The notes below the pieces were generated by a model. The model was not told where the DNA came from. It did no database searches and saw nothing but the letters and a program-made list of their open reading frames with translations. A stretch of 64,000 nt of DNA from an uncultured Chloroflexia bacterium. GTDB lineage: Bacteria > Chloroflexota > Anaerolineae > Anaerolineales > UBA4823. Shown here in pieces: positions 38,098-46,800 of the stretch; positions within the stretch are counted from its first letter, which is position 1, and each line of letters starts with the position of its first letter. The position numbers and the translations under genes are program-made. The DNA is taken from positions 286,938-350,937 of the forward strand of contig CAVQOI010000001.1 in the NCBI GenBank assembly GCA_963714425.1. The letters run 5' to 3'.

Positions 38098-39306
38098 CTA
38101 CAGGGACTCCAAAATACCAGCCAGCTTCTCAGCCAGCAACCTCCGGTCGAAATCTTTCTCAACACAGCGCCGCCCGGCGAGACCCATCTGGCGAGCTGTA
38201 TCTCGCCCCTCACATAGCTGACGAATAGCTCCCGCGAGGGCGATCGGGTCGCCCGGGGGTACCGCGATACCCGCTCCGGCACCTTCCACCACTTCGCGAA
38301 TAACCCCATCCATCGCCAAGATCACAGGCCGCCCAGCTGCCATATAATCGAAGACCTTATTGGGGTAGACAGTCTTGTACAGCTCCACCGGTTTAAGAAT
38401 GGCGATGCAGGCATCAGCCGCAGCCAGTGCGGCTGGCATTTGAGCTTTGGGCACGGGGGGTAAGAAATGGACATTGGGCAGATCCTTAGCCCGAGCCTGT
38501 GCAACGAGCGCCGGTTTCTCCTTGCCATCCCCAAGCAAAACGATGGAAATCTCGGTCTGGCTGCGTAGAAGATCGGCGGCCTCGAGCACCACACCCAGGT
38601 CGTTGGACATTCCATGCGCACCTGCGTACAACGCTACGAATTTGCCCTCCAGATGATGCACATTGCGAAAGTCGTTCGCATCAACTGCTGGATCAAACAT
38701 ATCGACATCGGCCCCATTGGTGACGATGGCAACATTTGATGCGCCGCGTGACTCTACGTGGGAGACGAAGCCCGGAGAGTTCACCAGCACGCGGTCGGCG
38801 TACTTGTAGAGGAAGCGCTCTAGCCCCTCTGAAAGGCGAATGAGCAGCGGGTTGCGCAAGACACCCACTGCTATGGCAAACGCGGGCCACAGATCACGCA
38901 CTTCAAGCAAGAAGCGGGCGCCCTTCAGGCGCGCCAGCGCCCAGGCAGTCACGCCCTGGAAGATGGGTGGCGAGGTGCCCCAGACCAGGTCCACACCCTT
39001 CACGCGCATACCGATAATAAATGACGAAAACATGAAGCTGAGAAAGCTGAAAACGCGGTGTACGAAGCTGCGATGCAGTCCTGGGTAGGTAAGCGCATAA
39101 TGGATGGTCAGCCCCGGATGGCGATTTGGTTCCACGTGCTCGACGGAACGCTTTCCCCGGACAGAGCCTGTGAGATAGCTGACCGGGCTGGCGATCACGG
39201 TAATTTGATGCCCGTGGGCAACCAGGAAGCGCGCCATCTCATAGTGGCGGGTTCCGCCGGGTTCGTCGAGTGAAGTAAAGGCTTGATGGATCAGTAGCAG
39301 GTGCAT
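38098..39306 (-). CDS. GT4 family glycosyltransferase (WbuB-like)
   Basis: N-terminus MHLLLIHQAFTSLDEPGGTRHY, a GT-B fold, and the C-terminal E-x7-E-type region ...PNKVFDYMAAGRPV. Confidence 0.85.
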   Translation of the reverse strand: MHLLLIHQAFTSLDEPGGTRHYEMARFLVAHGHQITVIASPVSYLTGSVRGKRSVEHVEPNRHPGLTIHYALTYPGLHRSFVHRVFSFLSFMFSSFIIGMRVKGVDLVWGTSPPIFQGVTAWALARLKGARFLLEVRDLWPAFAIAVGVLRNPLLIRLSEGLERFLYKYADRVLVNSPGFVSHVESRGASNVAIVTNGADVDMFDPAVDANDFRNVHHLEGKFVALYAGAHGMSNDLGVVLEAADLLRSQTEISIVLLGDGKEKPALVAQARAKDLPNVHFLPPVPKAQMPAALAAADACIAILKPVELYKTVYPNKVFDYMAAGRPVILAMDGVIREVVEGAGAGIAVPPGDPIALAGAIRQLCEGRDTARQMGLAGRRCVEKDFDRRLLAEKLAGILESL

Positions 39307-39341
39307 CGATGTTGAATGTTATTTGTTGGATGGTTAAGAGC

Positions 39342-41432
39342 TCAATGCTTGATAAAGGGTGATTGTAACTCTTGATCGTGGGTATTAGCCGGTAAGCGCC
39401 ATTCACTTGTGAAAGTGAGTGGAGGTTTGCCAGTGGCTATCACCGTCAATGAGAGCGCTGGGACTTTATGCGCGTAAGTAGGCGACACCCAACCCATGCA
39501 GATCTCGCCTTCACCAGACCCGGATAGCAACTCCCCAGCACGGATGAGCTTGTAGTTCGAGGGCAGAGAATCGAGCGTAGATTCTGGAGAATCGAAAAGG
39601 GTATTAATCAGAAGGCTGATCCAACCATGTGGTGAGAGCAGGCGGAGCTCGATACTCGTAACACTAGCCTCAAGAATTTCCCAGTGCCAGTCGGGGAGCA
39701 GCCAATGCAGACTGACGTTATCCAACGCGGAACCTTTAGTTTGTTTTGCGTTACCAGCCAGCTTTAGCGTATCTTCGACGAGCCAGCGACCATCGCGGTA
39801 TGCTGTGACAGATCTTTGGTGCACAAGCCCGAGCCTACGGTAGCCATCGTGCTGGGCGATAATGCGCTCCCAGGCGCCGTCGTCAGCGCGCTCGGGTGCG
39901 CTCCACTCCGCCTGAGCCCAGTCCAGCCACAGGAAGCGGCTGGCGCGGGTCATTTGATTTAGATGATTAACCATGAGTGTATTGTGTGTGTTTGTGCCGC
40001 TCAAGGAGTTATCCCAAGGTGGAGCGGCGTTATACAGGAAACTGCCGGCGTCCTGTGCCAGGTTGAGCCCGCGCCACCACAAATCCAGATGGAGCTGGTC
40101 GGCATGGCCTGGGCGGGAACGGAATTGGGCAGCACGCAAGTAGGCGTGCGATTCGCTATTTGGATTGCGAATGATCAATGGGGAGATGGATGGATTGTCT
40201 GCAGGCTGTAGAGAGGAGTCTGAAATATCAGAGACCTCCTCAGCATTCATCCGGAGGGCTTGCTGTGTGGAGTGACCGAACCACAAGGACATCTCATCCC
40301 AGGTCCCTGGCGGTAGTGGTCGTTGTTCGAGGAAGACCGTGCCAGCCGCCTGAAGTACGGGGCGAAAGTCAGCGAACGGGTTGGTCGAAAGAGGGAAGAT
40401 GTAGGCGCCATCATTAGGGCCGAGATTAGGTACTGCTCCGGTCTGCGAGTTGAGCATTGCGAGCAGCCAGCGGGTTGCCGCAGCAAGCCGCTGGTGCGTG
40501 GATGCCTGCATCATGTTCTCCGGCTGAGAGACCGCGTTTACCCAGAGTGCTAACTGAAGTAATAAGCGATGGTAGTTCGTACTGTGCTGGGTATATACGC
40601 CATCTATTGATATCTGGGATTGAAATCCGCGCACCAGCAAGCTCCAACCCAGACTACGCCATCGCTTTGAAGCGGGGTGTGTAGGCAGCGCCAGCCCAGC
40701 GGTGTATAGAGCAGCTGCTTCGCTGAGCACGTGGTTGTTGTTTTGGGCAAGCCCGTATGCCAGGCTGGGCGGGATGCGGCTGGCGTGTTGCGCAACTGCC
40801 TTGGCAAGCCGTTGTAGATTTTCAATGGTCGAGTGCGGGGAGGTCGAAAAAACCTGGGCTGAGAAAACCAGAGCCATCAGGCGCAAGGCTGCCTCTTGCG
40901 CTGACATCCAGTTGGGGCCAAGGTAAGGTGGATTGCTGTCGAGAAAAGTGTTTGTATAATCCCAGAAACACTGAGCGTAACTTTCATCCCCGGTCAGGTA
41001 ATAGGCACGCCCGAGGGTGAATGCCCATCCGAAGCGCGCTGGTTCCCATAGGAGCTTTATGTCTGCGACATTTGATGGTAGAGGATTTGATTTTCCAAGC
41101 TCGTACGCAGTCCAATCCTGCAAGGACTTCGAGCTTGTGAGCTTCAAGGGCTGGGGTTTTCCCCCGAAGAGACGCGCCCATCCCGATGAGATCTCGACTG
41201 CCTCTTTCTGCAAAAGTGCCAACCCCGAATCGCCCAGGGTGGTGCGCAGTTGCTCACGATCTGGCAGTACCAGCAGGGGGCGAAGAAAAGTCGTTTGCGG
41301 AAGCTTGTCCTGGGTCAATCCCGCTTTCCAGGTTGCCCAACGCAAATATCCGCTACGCAGCATTACGAAATACCAGGCATAGTAAGAGATGCGTCTTGGG
41401 CCAAGCTGGCGGAAAGCTTTCCAGGCAATCAC
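39342..41432 (-). CDS. heparinase II/III-like (alginate-lyase superfamily) protein
   Basis: 696 aa. It has the NNHVLSEAAALYTAG and ...HGHADQLHLDLWW patterns typical of heparinase II/III-like proteins in polysaccharide loci. Confidence 0.75.
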   Translation of the reverse strand: MIAWKAFRQLGPRRISYYAWYFVMLRSGYLRWATWKAGLTQDKLPQTTFLRPLLVLPDREQLRTTLGDSGLALLQKEAVEISSGWARLFGGKPQPLKLTSSKSLQDWTAYELGKSNPLPSNVADIKLLWEPARFGWAFTLGRAYYLTGDESYAQCFWDYTNTFLDSNPPYLGPNWMSAQEAALRLMALVFSAQVFSTSPHSTIENLQRLAKAVAQHASRIPPSLAYGLAQNNNHVLSEAAALYTAGLALPTHPASKRWRSLGWSLLVRGFQSQISIDGVYTQHSTNYHRLLLQLALWVNAVSQPENMMQASTHQRLAAATRWLLAMLNSQTGAVPNLGPNDGAYIFPLSTNPFADFRPVLQAAGTVFLEQRPLPPGTWDEMSLWFGHSTQQALRMNAEEVSDISDSSLQPADNPSISPLIIRNPNSESHAYLRAAQFRSRPGHADQLHLDLWWRGLNLAQDAGSFLYNAAPPWDNSLSGTNTHNTLMVNHLNQMTRASRFLWLDWAQAEWSAPERADDGAWERIIAQHDGYRRLGLVHQRSVTAYRDGRWLVEDTLKLAGNAKQTKGSALDNVSLHWLLPDWHWEILEASVTSIELRLLSPHGWISLLINTLFDSPESTLDSLPSNYKLIRAGELLSGSGEGEICMGWVSPTYAHKVPALSLTVIATGKPPLTFTSEWRLPANTHDQELQSPFIKH

Positions 41433-41461
41433 GATCGGTTAGGTGAGAGCCATCGAAACGG

Positions 41462-43708
41462 CTACCAAATCTCCGGGATGGATAGGCGATCACCAGTACG
41501 CAGCGCCTGGAGCGCGGTGATCGTCGCCGCAGTCACTCCAAATAGGTGCTCGTAGGGGATTGGCGGCGGACCCCCGCTCGCGATTGCGTCCACGAAAGCC
41601 CGCCACTCGCTGGCGTGGCCTTTATCCTGGCGCAGCCGCGAACGTGCGCTCTGACGGCGCCCGTCACGTACCATCTCCAGCATGCGAAAATCATCCAGCA
41701 CAGCTGCCCGGCCTCCGAAAAAGACCTCTACACGTTCCTTGGAAAAGGATTTGTCGCCATTTGCCACGTAGGTCACCGTTCCAACGGAGCCATCTGAGAA
41801 GGTGAAATTCATGACAACATTGTCTTCCCGGTATCGACCACCATCTGGCAGCCCAATCGCTTGCACAGAGATGGGTGGGGCGCCAACCAGGAAGGCAAGA
41901 TAATCGATAAAATGGCAGGCCTCCCCGAGAATACGCCCGCCGCCCTGTTCTGGGTCGTGCACCCAGTGTCCCGGAGGGAGATAACCCGCGTTTACGCGGT
42001 AGTGGGCTGCCAGCGGTTCTTGCCGGGAAGCGAGAAACGCACTCAATTTTAGAGACAACGGGGCAAAGCGGCGGTTATACCCTACCGTGAGCATCTGCGA
42101 GAGGGGAGGCAGTTGTGCCAACTGGTCGCTAATCTCTGAGAGTTGATCCATGCTAAGCGCCAGCGGTTTCTCGCAGAAAATGTGCTTGCCAGCTGCAAGC
42201 GCGTGCATAACCTGGCGGGCATGCATCCCATGACGGGTGAGGATAGCGACGGTGGTTACGGATGGATCATTGATGAGCTCAGCCTCATCCGTACAGGCGT
42301 AGCGAAAGCCATAGCGCCTTTGTGCATGCGCTGCGCTCACTCCACCTGCGGAAGCGACTCCTACCAGCTCGACGCCAGCCAACGACTTGATCGCAGGAAG
42401 CAAGATAGCGCTCGCATAGTTTCCAGCGCCCAAGACCCCAAGTTTGCAAGTCGTTTGGGGTATGGTTGATGGTTTTTCGATTGTTTCGGCTTTTACTTGC
42501 TGGATCTCGACCGGTAATACAGGACTTGCCTGCCTGCCATCCTTTTGCAGGTGCACAGGTGGTGTGTCTGGTGTGGCGGCTTTGGATTCATTGGAAGGAT
42601 AAGTGAGCACCACGCCGAGAAAGGGTTCCTTCTTTTTACCCGTGATCAGCTCATAAGCTGCAGGTGCGTGATCGATGGGGAAGCGATGTGTAATCAGGGG
42701 GCGCACGTCGATGCTGCCAGAAGCCAGCAGCTCCACAAAAGCTTCCAGATTACGCCCTTCGGTCCAGCGCACGTAACCGATAGGGTAATCCTGTCCTGCT
42801 TGTTCATAGGTTGGGTCGTATCGGCCGGGTCCATAAGAACGCGAATTAATGAATGAGAGCTCTTTCTCGTAGTACATCTTGCGCGGCAAGCTCTGCCCCA
42901 CAGCGCCGATGGCGACCACTCGGGCGCGATCACGGGCGATCGTCCCGGCAAGTTCCACCGGGTCTGCGGAGGGAGTATCTGCGCAGATTAATATTACGTC
43001 GACCCCGTGCGAGCGAGTAAAGGTTCGTGCTGCCTCTTCTGCATTCTCGCGGAAGGTTGCGCTTACCCCCATCTCCCCAGCCAGCTCTACTCGCTGCTGG
43101 TCCAGGTCGACCCCGAGGACAACACAGCCTGCGGCACGGGCGATAACCGCTGCCAGCAATCCGAGCAAGCCCAATCCGATTACCATGACTCGCTCGCCGA
43201 TCTGCGCTTCAGCCAGGCGAAAGCCGTGCAACGCGATGGCTCCCAGGGTGGTGAATGCCGCTGATTCGAAACCCACATTTTCGGGCAAGGCGGCCATCAA
43301 ATTCTGAGGTACGATGTTGAATTCCGCATGCACTGCAAATCCGCCGCCAGCGCAGGCAACCCTTTGCCCTACTGCAAAGCCATGCAGACCCTCTCCCAAT
43401 GCTTCGATCACTCCGGCGGATGAATATCCCAGGGGCATGGGCTGGTCCAGGCGGTTGAAGGCCGCGTCGATAGTGCTCAGCAAGCCCTCTCGCCGGGCTT
43501 TATCGAGCACCTGGCGCACCAAATCAGGACGCGAGCGCGCCTTTCCTAACAGGGACTTCTCAGCGAAATCGACCAGCATGCGCTCCGTCCCCGCTGACAC
43601 CAAGGAGGCAGCTGTGCGCACTAAAGCTGTCCGGGGACTTGGGCTGGGCACAGGAACATCCACTACCTGGGTTTCGCCAGTTCGCATATTCTGGAGTAGT
43701 TGCTTCAT
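41462..43708 (-). CDS. bi-domain oxidoreductase (Zn-type alcohol dehydrogenase + Gfo/Idh/MocA)
   Basis: N-terminal MDR/ADH fold with Rossmann motif VIGLGLLGLL. C-terminal Gfo/Idh/MocA domain (LGVLGAGNYA...EKPLA). Confidence 0.85.
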   Translation of the reverse strand: MKQLLQNMRTGETQVVDVPVPSPSPRTALVRTAASLVSAGTERMLVDFAEKSLLGKARSRPDLVRQVLDKARREGLLSTIDAAFNRLDQPMPLGYSSAGVIEALGEGLHGFAVGQRVACAGGGFAVHAEFNIVPQNLMAALPENVGFESAAFTTLGAIALHGFRLAEAQIGERVMVIGLGLLGLLAAVIARAAGCVVLGVDLDQQRVELAGEMGVSATFRENAEEAARTFTRSHGVDVILICADTPSADPVELAGTIARDRARVVAIGAVGQSLPRKMYYEKELSFINSRSYGPGRYDPTYEQAGQDYPIGYVRWTEGRNLEAFVELLASGSIDVRPLITHRFPIDHAPAAYELITGKKKEPFLGVVLTYPSNESKAATPDTPPVHLQKDGRQASPVLPVEIQQVKAETIEKPSTIPQTTCKLGVLGAGNYASAILLPAIKSLAGVELVGVASAGGVSAAHAQRRYGFRYACTDEAELINDPSVTTVAILTRHGMHARQVMHALAAGKHIFCEKPLALSMDQLSEISDQLAQLPPLSQMLTVGYNRRFAPLSLKLSAFLASRQEPLAAHYRVNAGYLPPGHWVHDPEQGGGRILGEACHFIDYLAFLVGAPPISVQAIGLPDGGRYREDNVVMNFTFSDGSVGTVTYVANGDKSFSKERVEVFFGGRAAVLDDFRMLEMVRDGRRQSARSRLRQDKGHASEWRAFVDAIASGGPPPIPYEHLFGVTAATITALQALRTGDRLSIPEIW

Positions 43709-44958
43709 GCAGACGCCCCCTCGATCAGGCTCAGGATTGCTGACATGTTTAAGAGCGCCTTTGGGACAAATGATCCTACCAAAACGTATTCCTGGTCTTT
43801 GCTGCCATCCGGGCTGCGCTCAGAGCAATGGGCGTTGTTCCCCGATGGACCTAACCCATCCAAAGTAGGGATGTGATCCCAAATCATGTTGCCATCGCTC
43901 AGCCCCCCGCGCTGCTCTGGAGCAAGACGCATCCCAAGTGCTTTGGCTGCTCCCAACCACAGGTCATACAGTCGCTGCGTGCCTGGATTAGGCGGCCAGG
44001 GAGGAGTAATATCCTTTAGGTCCACATTAACCTTGCAGTGATAGCCATCTGTGCTGGAGATCTCCGAAGAGCCGTCCAGAGCTAAAATTGCACCCATTCC
44101 GGTTTCGAATACATCTGGGTCGAAAGCTCGCATCTCTACATCCGCTTCGGCGGAATGAGGCACGCGGTTTACCACTGACCCTCCGCTTACCGTGCCAACA
44201 TTAAATGTGATTTGCTTCTGGTAGTCGGTAAGGTCGGCTATCTTCTGGATTGTGTGGGAGATTTGAAGAATGGCATTAGCGCCGTTGGCGTGGTAGTTTC
44301 CCGCGTGGGCGGATTTCCCCTCAACTGAGACGTGATAAGAAGCTCGACCTTTGCGTGCAATCACCACCGGAAAAACATTCCCAGCACTCGTACCGCCTTC
44401 GAAAACCAGGCAGGCCTTGGTAGATTGCGGCAGGCGTTGCAGACATAAGGCCCCAAAATCTCCGGAGAGAGTTTCCTCACTGGCATCCAGCAGCAAGACC
44501 CAGTTAGCATGCGCAAATGCCAGTGGGGCGAACACTCGCAAAGCATCTAGAACCATATACATCATCACAGTTCCGCCCTTGATGTCCACCGTCCCAGGTC
44601 CGTAGATGCGCTTACCTGCCGGGCGCCATGTAAAATCGTGTTCCAGCTCCTCCTCGGGGGGAAATACCGTATCCAGGTGTGAAACCATGCCAATGTGGAT
44701 TGATGGCTCGCGGTTGGGGAGTATTTCTCCTGATCGGGTGAGCACCAGGTGCCTTCCAAAGCTGGGATTGATGGACTGCACGAATTCGGCATCAAAACCT
44801 AGATCAGCGAAGATGGATGCAGTCAGCGTACCCAGCTGGTTGACCCCCGATGCATTTGCCGTGAAGCTGTTGATTGAGACCATCTGGTGCAGAAGATCCA
44901 GATACTTATCTAAATTGTTTTTTAAAAATTGCTCAATCTCGTTAAAATGTTGCATCAT
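43705..44958 (-). CDS. M20 family metallopeptidase / deacylase
   Basis: M20 metal-ligand patterns (SHLDTV, GPGTVDIKGG, DASEE). The stop overlaps the start of the downstream oxidoreductase (43705-43708). Confidence 0.82.
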   Translation of the reverse strand: MMQHFNEIEQFLKNNLDKYLDLLHQMVSINSFTANASGVNQLGTLTASIFADLGFDAEFVQSINPSFGRHLVLTRSGEILPNREPSIHIGMVSHLDTVFPPEEELEHDFTWRPAGKRIYGPGTVDIKGGTVMMYMVLDALRVFAPLAFAHANWVLLLDASEETLSGDFGALCLQRLPQSTKACLVFEGGTSAGNVFPVVIARKGRASYHVSVEGKSAHAGNYHANGANAILQISHTIQKIADLTDYQKQITFNVGTVSGGSVVNRVPHSAEADVEMRAFDPDVFETGMGAILALDGSSEISSTDGYHCKVNVDLKDITPPWPPNPGTQRLYDLWLGAAKALGMRLAPEQRGGLSDGNMIWDHIPTLDGLGPSGNNAHCSERSPDGSKDQEYVLVGSFVPKALLNMSAILSLIEGASA

Positions 44959-45050
44959 CCGAACATGCGCTCCTCACTCTACAGGTTACTTTATTATAAC
45001 CGCGGGGTGATATAATCCCTTCGCTATTCCACATGAAGAGGAGCGACCCA

Positions 45051-46160
45051 ATGACTGACATCCAAGTCCAAAAATTCGCCCAAATCCTGGTGGATCACTC
45101 TACCAAGGTAAAACCGGGCGATAAAGTGGCTATCACTGCCACAACCGCAGCGCAGCCTGGTGTGCAGGCGTTATACGAGCTAATCCTGGAGCGCGGTGGT
45201 TACCCGCATGTATTGCTAGAATTTGCCGGCGAGAACGAGTCCTTCTACGCTCGCGCCAGCGAGGCGCAGCTAGATTTCGTCCCTCTGTTTCATAAGATGG
45301 CTTTCGAAGAATTCGATGTGCTGATCAAGCTGCGCTCGGAGATCAACACCCGGGCGCTAACCAACGTCGACCCCGCCCGGCTGGCACAGCGTAATAAAGC
45401 TCTGTCACTCCTTTTATCTGCCCAGATGCGTCGTGGCGCAGATGGCACTCTTCGCTGGATGAGCACGCTTTACCCTACACCAGCCTACGCCATGGAGGCT
45501 GACATGGGTGTCGAGGAATATAATGAGTATTTCTACCGTGCTTGCCATGCCGACGCCGGTACACTCGACCCGGTGGCTTATTGGCAAGGTGTGAAGCGAG
45601 ACCAACAGCGCATCGTGGACTGGATCAATGGACGTTCCCAGATTGCCCTGCACGGACCGAATGTGGATTTGCGCTTATCCGTGAATGGTCGTAAGTTTAT
45701 CAATTGTTATGGAGATAGGAACCTGCCAGACGGCGAGATATTCACAGGGCCAGTAGAAGATACAGCCGAGGGTTGGGTCAAGTATACATACCCGGCGGTG
45801 TACCAGGGAATGGTAGTCGAAGGCATCGAGTTAAATTTCGAAAAAGGTCGTGTTGTGAAAGCCAGCGCCAGCAAGAATCAAGATCTTTTACTTAAGATGA
45901 TCGACAGCGACGCCGGGGCGCGTTACATAGGCGAATTTGCGATTGGCACAAATTTTGGCATCGATCGCTTCACCCGCAATATATTGTTGGACGAGAAGAT
46001 TGGTGGTTCATTCCACATGGCGCTTGGGGCGGGTTATCCAGAGAGCGGTAGCAAAAACAAGAGTGTCATCCATTGGGATATGATCTGCGATTTGCGAGTG
46101 GATTCGGAAATCCTCGTGGACGGGGAATTATTCTACAAAAATGGTGCCTTTGTAATCTAG
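45051..46160 (+). CDS. M29 family aminopeptidase (AmpS/PepS type)
   Basis: ATG 45051 lies 7 nt after GAGGAG. It has ...FAQILVDHSTKVKPGDKV... and the C-terminal HWDMI pattern. Confidence 0.85.
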   Translation: MTDIQVQKFAQILVDHSTKVKPGDKVAITATTAAQPGVQALYELILERGGYPHVLLEFAGENESFYARASEAQLDFVPLFHKMAFEEFDVLIKLRSEINTRALTNVDPARLAQRNKALSLLLSAQMRRGADGTLRWMSTLYPTPAYAMEADMGVEEYNEYFYRACHADAGTLDPVAYWQGVKRDQQRIVDWINGRSQIALHGPNVDLRLSVNGRKFINCYGDRNLPDGEIFTGPVEDTAEGWVKYTYPAVYQGMVVEGIELNFEKGRVVKASASKNQDLLLKMIDSDAGARYIGEFAIGTNFGIDRFTRNILLDEKIGGSFHMALGAGYPESGSKNKSVIHWDMICDLRVDSEILVDGELFYKNGAFVI

Positions 46161-46195
46161 CCCATCTCCTATTTCCTGTAGAGATAGGGGAAATT

Positions 46196-46244
46196 CCAGA
46201 AAAGGGATGCTGCAGGCGAACAGCCTGCAGCATCCCTTTTCTGG
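46196..46244. terminator. 22-bp perfect hairpin between convergent genes
   Basis: CCAGAAAAGGGATGCTGCAGGC (46196-46217), loop GAACA, then GCCTGCAGCATCCCTTTTCTGG (46223-46244). Confidence 0.85.
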
Positions 46245-46265
46245 TGAATGTTTCCGTTCTGTTGA

Positions 46266-46793
46266 TTACGCTCGCCAGAAGCCGCGGCGGACAGGACGAA
46301 TGTCTTCGGCAGTGATAAATGCGTCCGGGTCAATCTCGTTTACCAGAGACTTTACCCTTTCAGTGTTCTTACGACGCACATCGCATTGCAACAAATTAAC
46401 TGTACCATCTTTACCCCGCGCGGCTATCTCAGTAACGGCATAGCCTTCCCCGCGCAGTCTCTCTGCTACGGCGGTGCCACGCCTTGGGCTCACGATACTC
46501 AAATGGGTGTGGCCGATTGCCAGACGCTCCTCGATGAACATACCGATCACATTACCTGTGGCAAAACCGGCTGCATAACCAACCACGTTAATCAGGTTGT
46601 CTAGATTCTGCAGCACGGTGCTGATCGCCAGGACAAATACGCCCGCCTGGAAGAAACCCAATATCCAGGCATAGCTCTTGCGGCCACGCATGACCACCAG
46701 CACACGCAATGTGTCCAGGGTCATATCGGTGACTCGCAACAGAAAAATCAAGCCCGCTACCCACCATGGGCCGAGGTTGAGTAATGATTCCAT
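46266..46793 (-). CDS. UPF0316 / DUF2179 family membrane protein
   Basis: Three N-terminal TM helices (LRVTDMTLDTLRVLVVMRG) and a C-terminal DUF2179-like soluble domain. Confidence 0.78.
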   Translation of the reverse strand: MESLLNLGPWWVAGLIFLLRVTDMTLDTLRVLVVMRGRKSYAWILGFFQAGVFVLAISTVLQNLDNLINVVGYAAGFATGNVIGMFIEERLAIGHTHLSIVSPRRGTAVAERLRGEGYAVTEIAARGKDGTVNLLQCDVRRKNTERVKSLVNEIDPDAFITAEDIRPVRRGFWRA

Positions 46794-46800
46794 ATACTTA

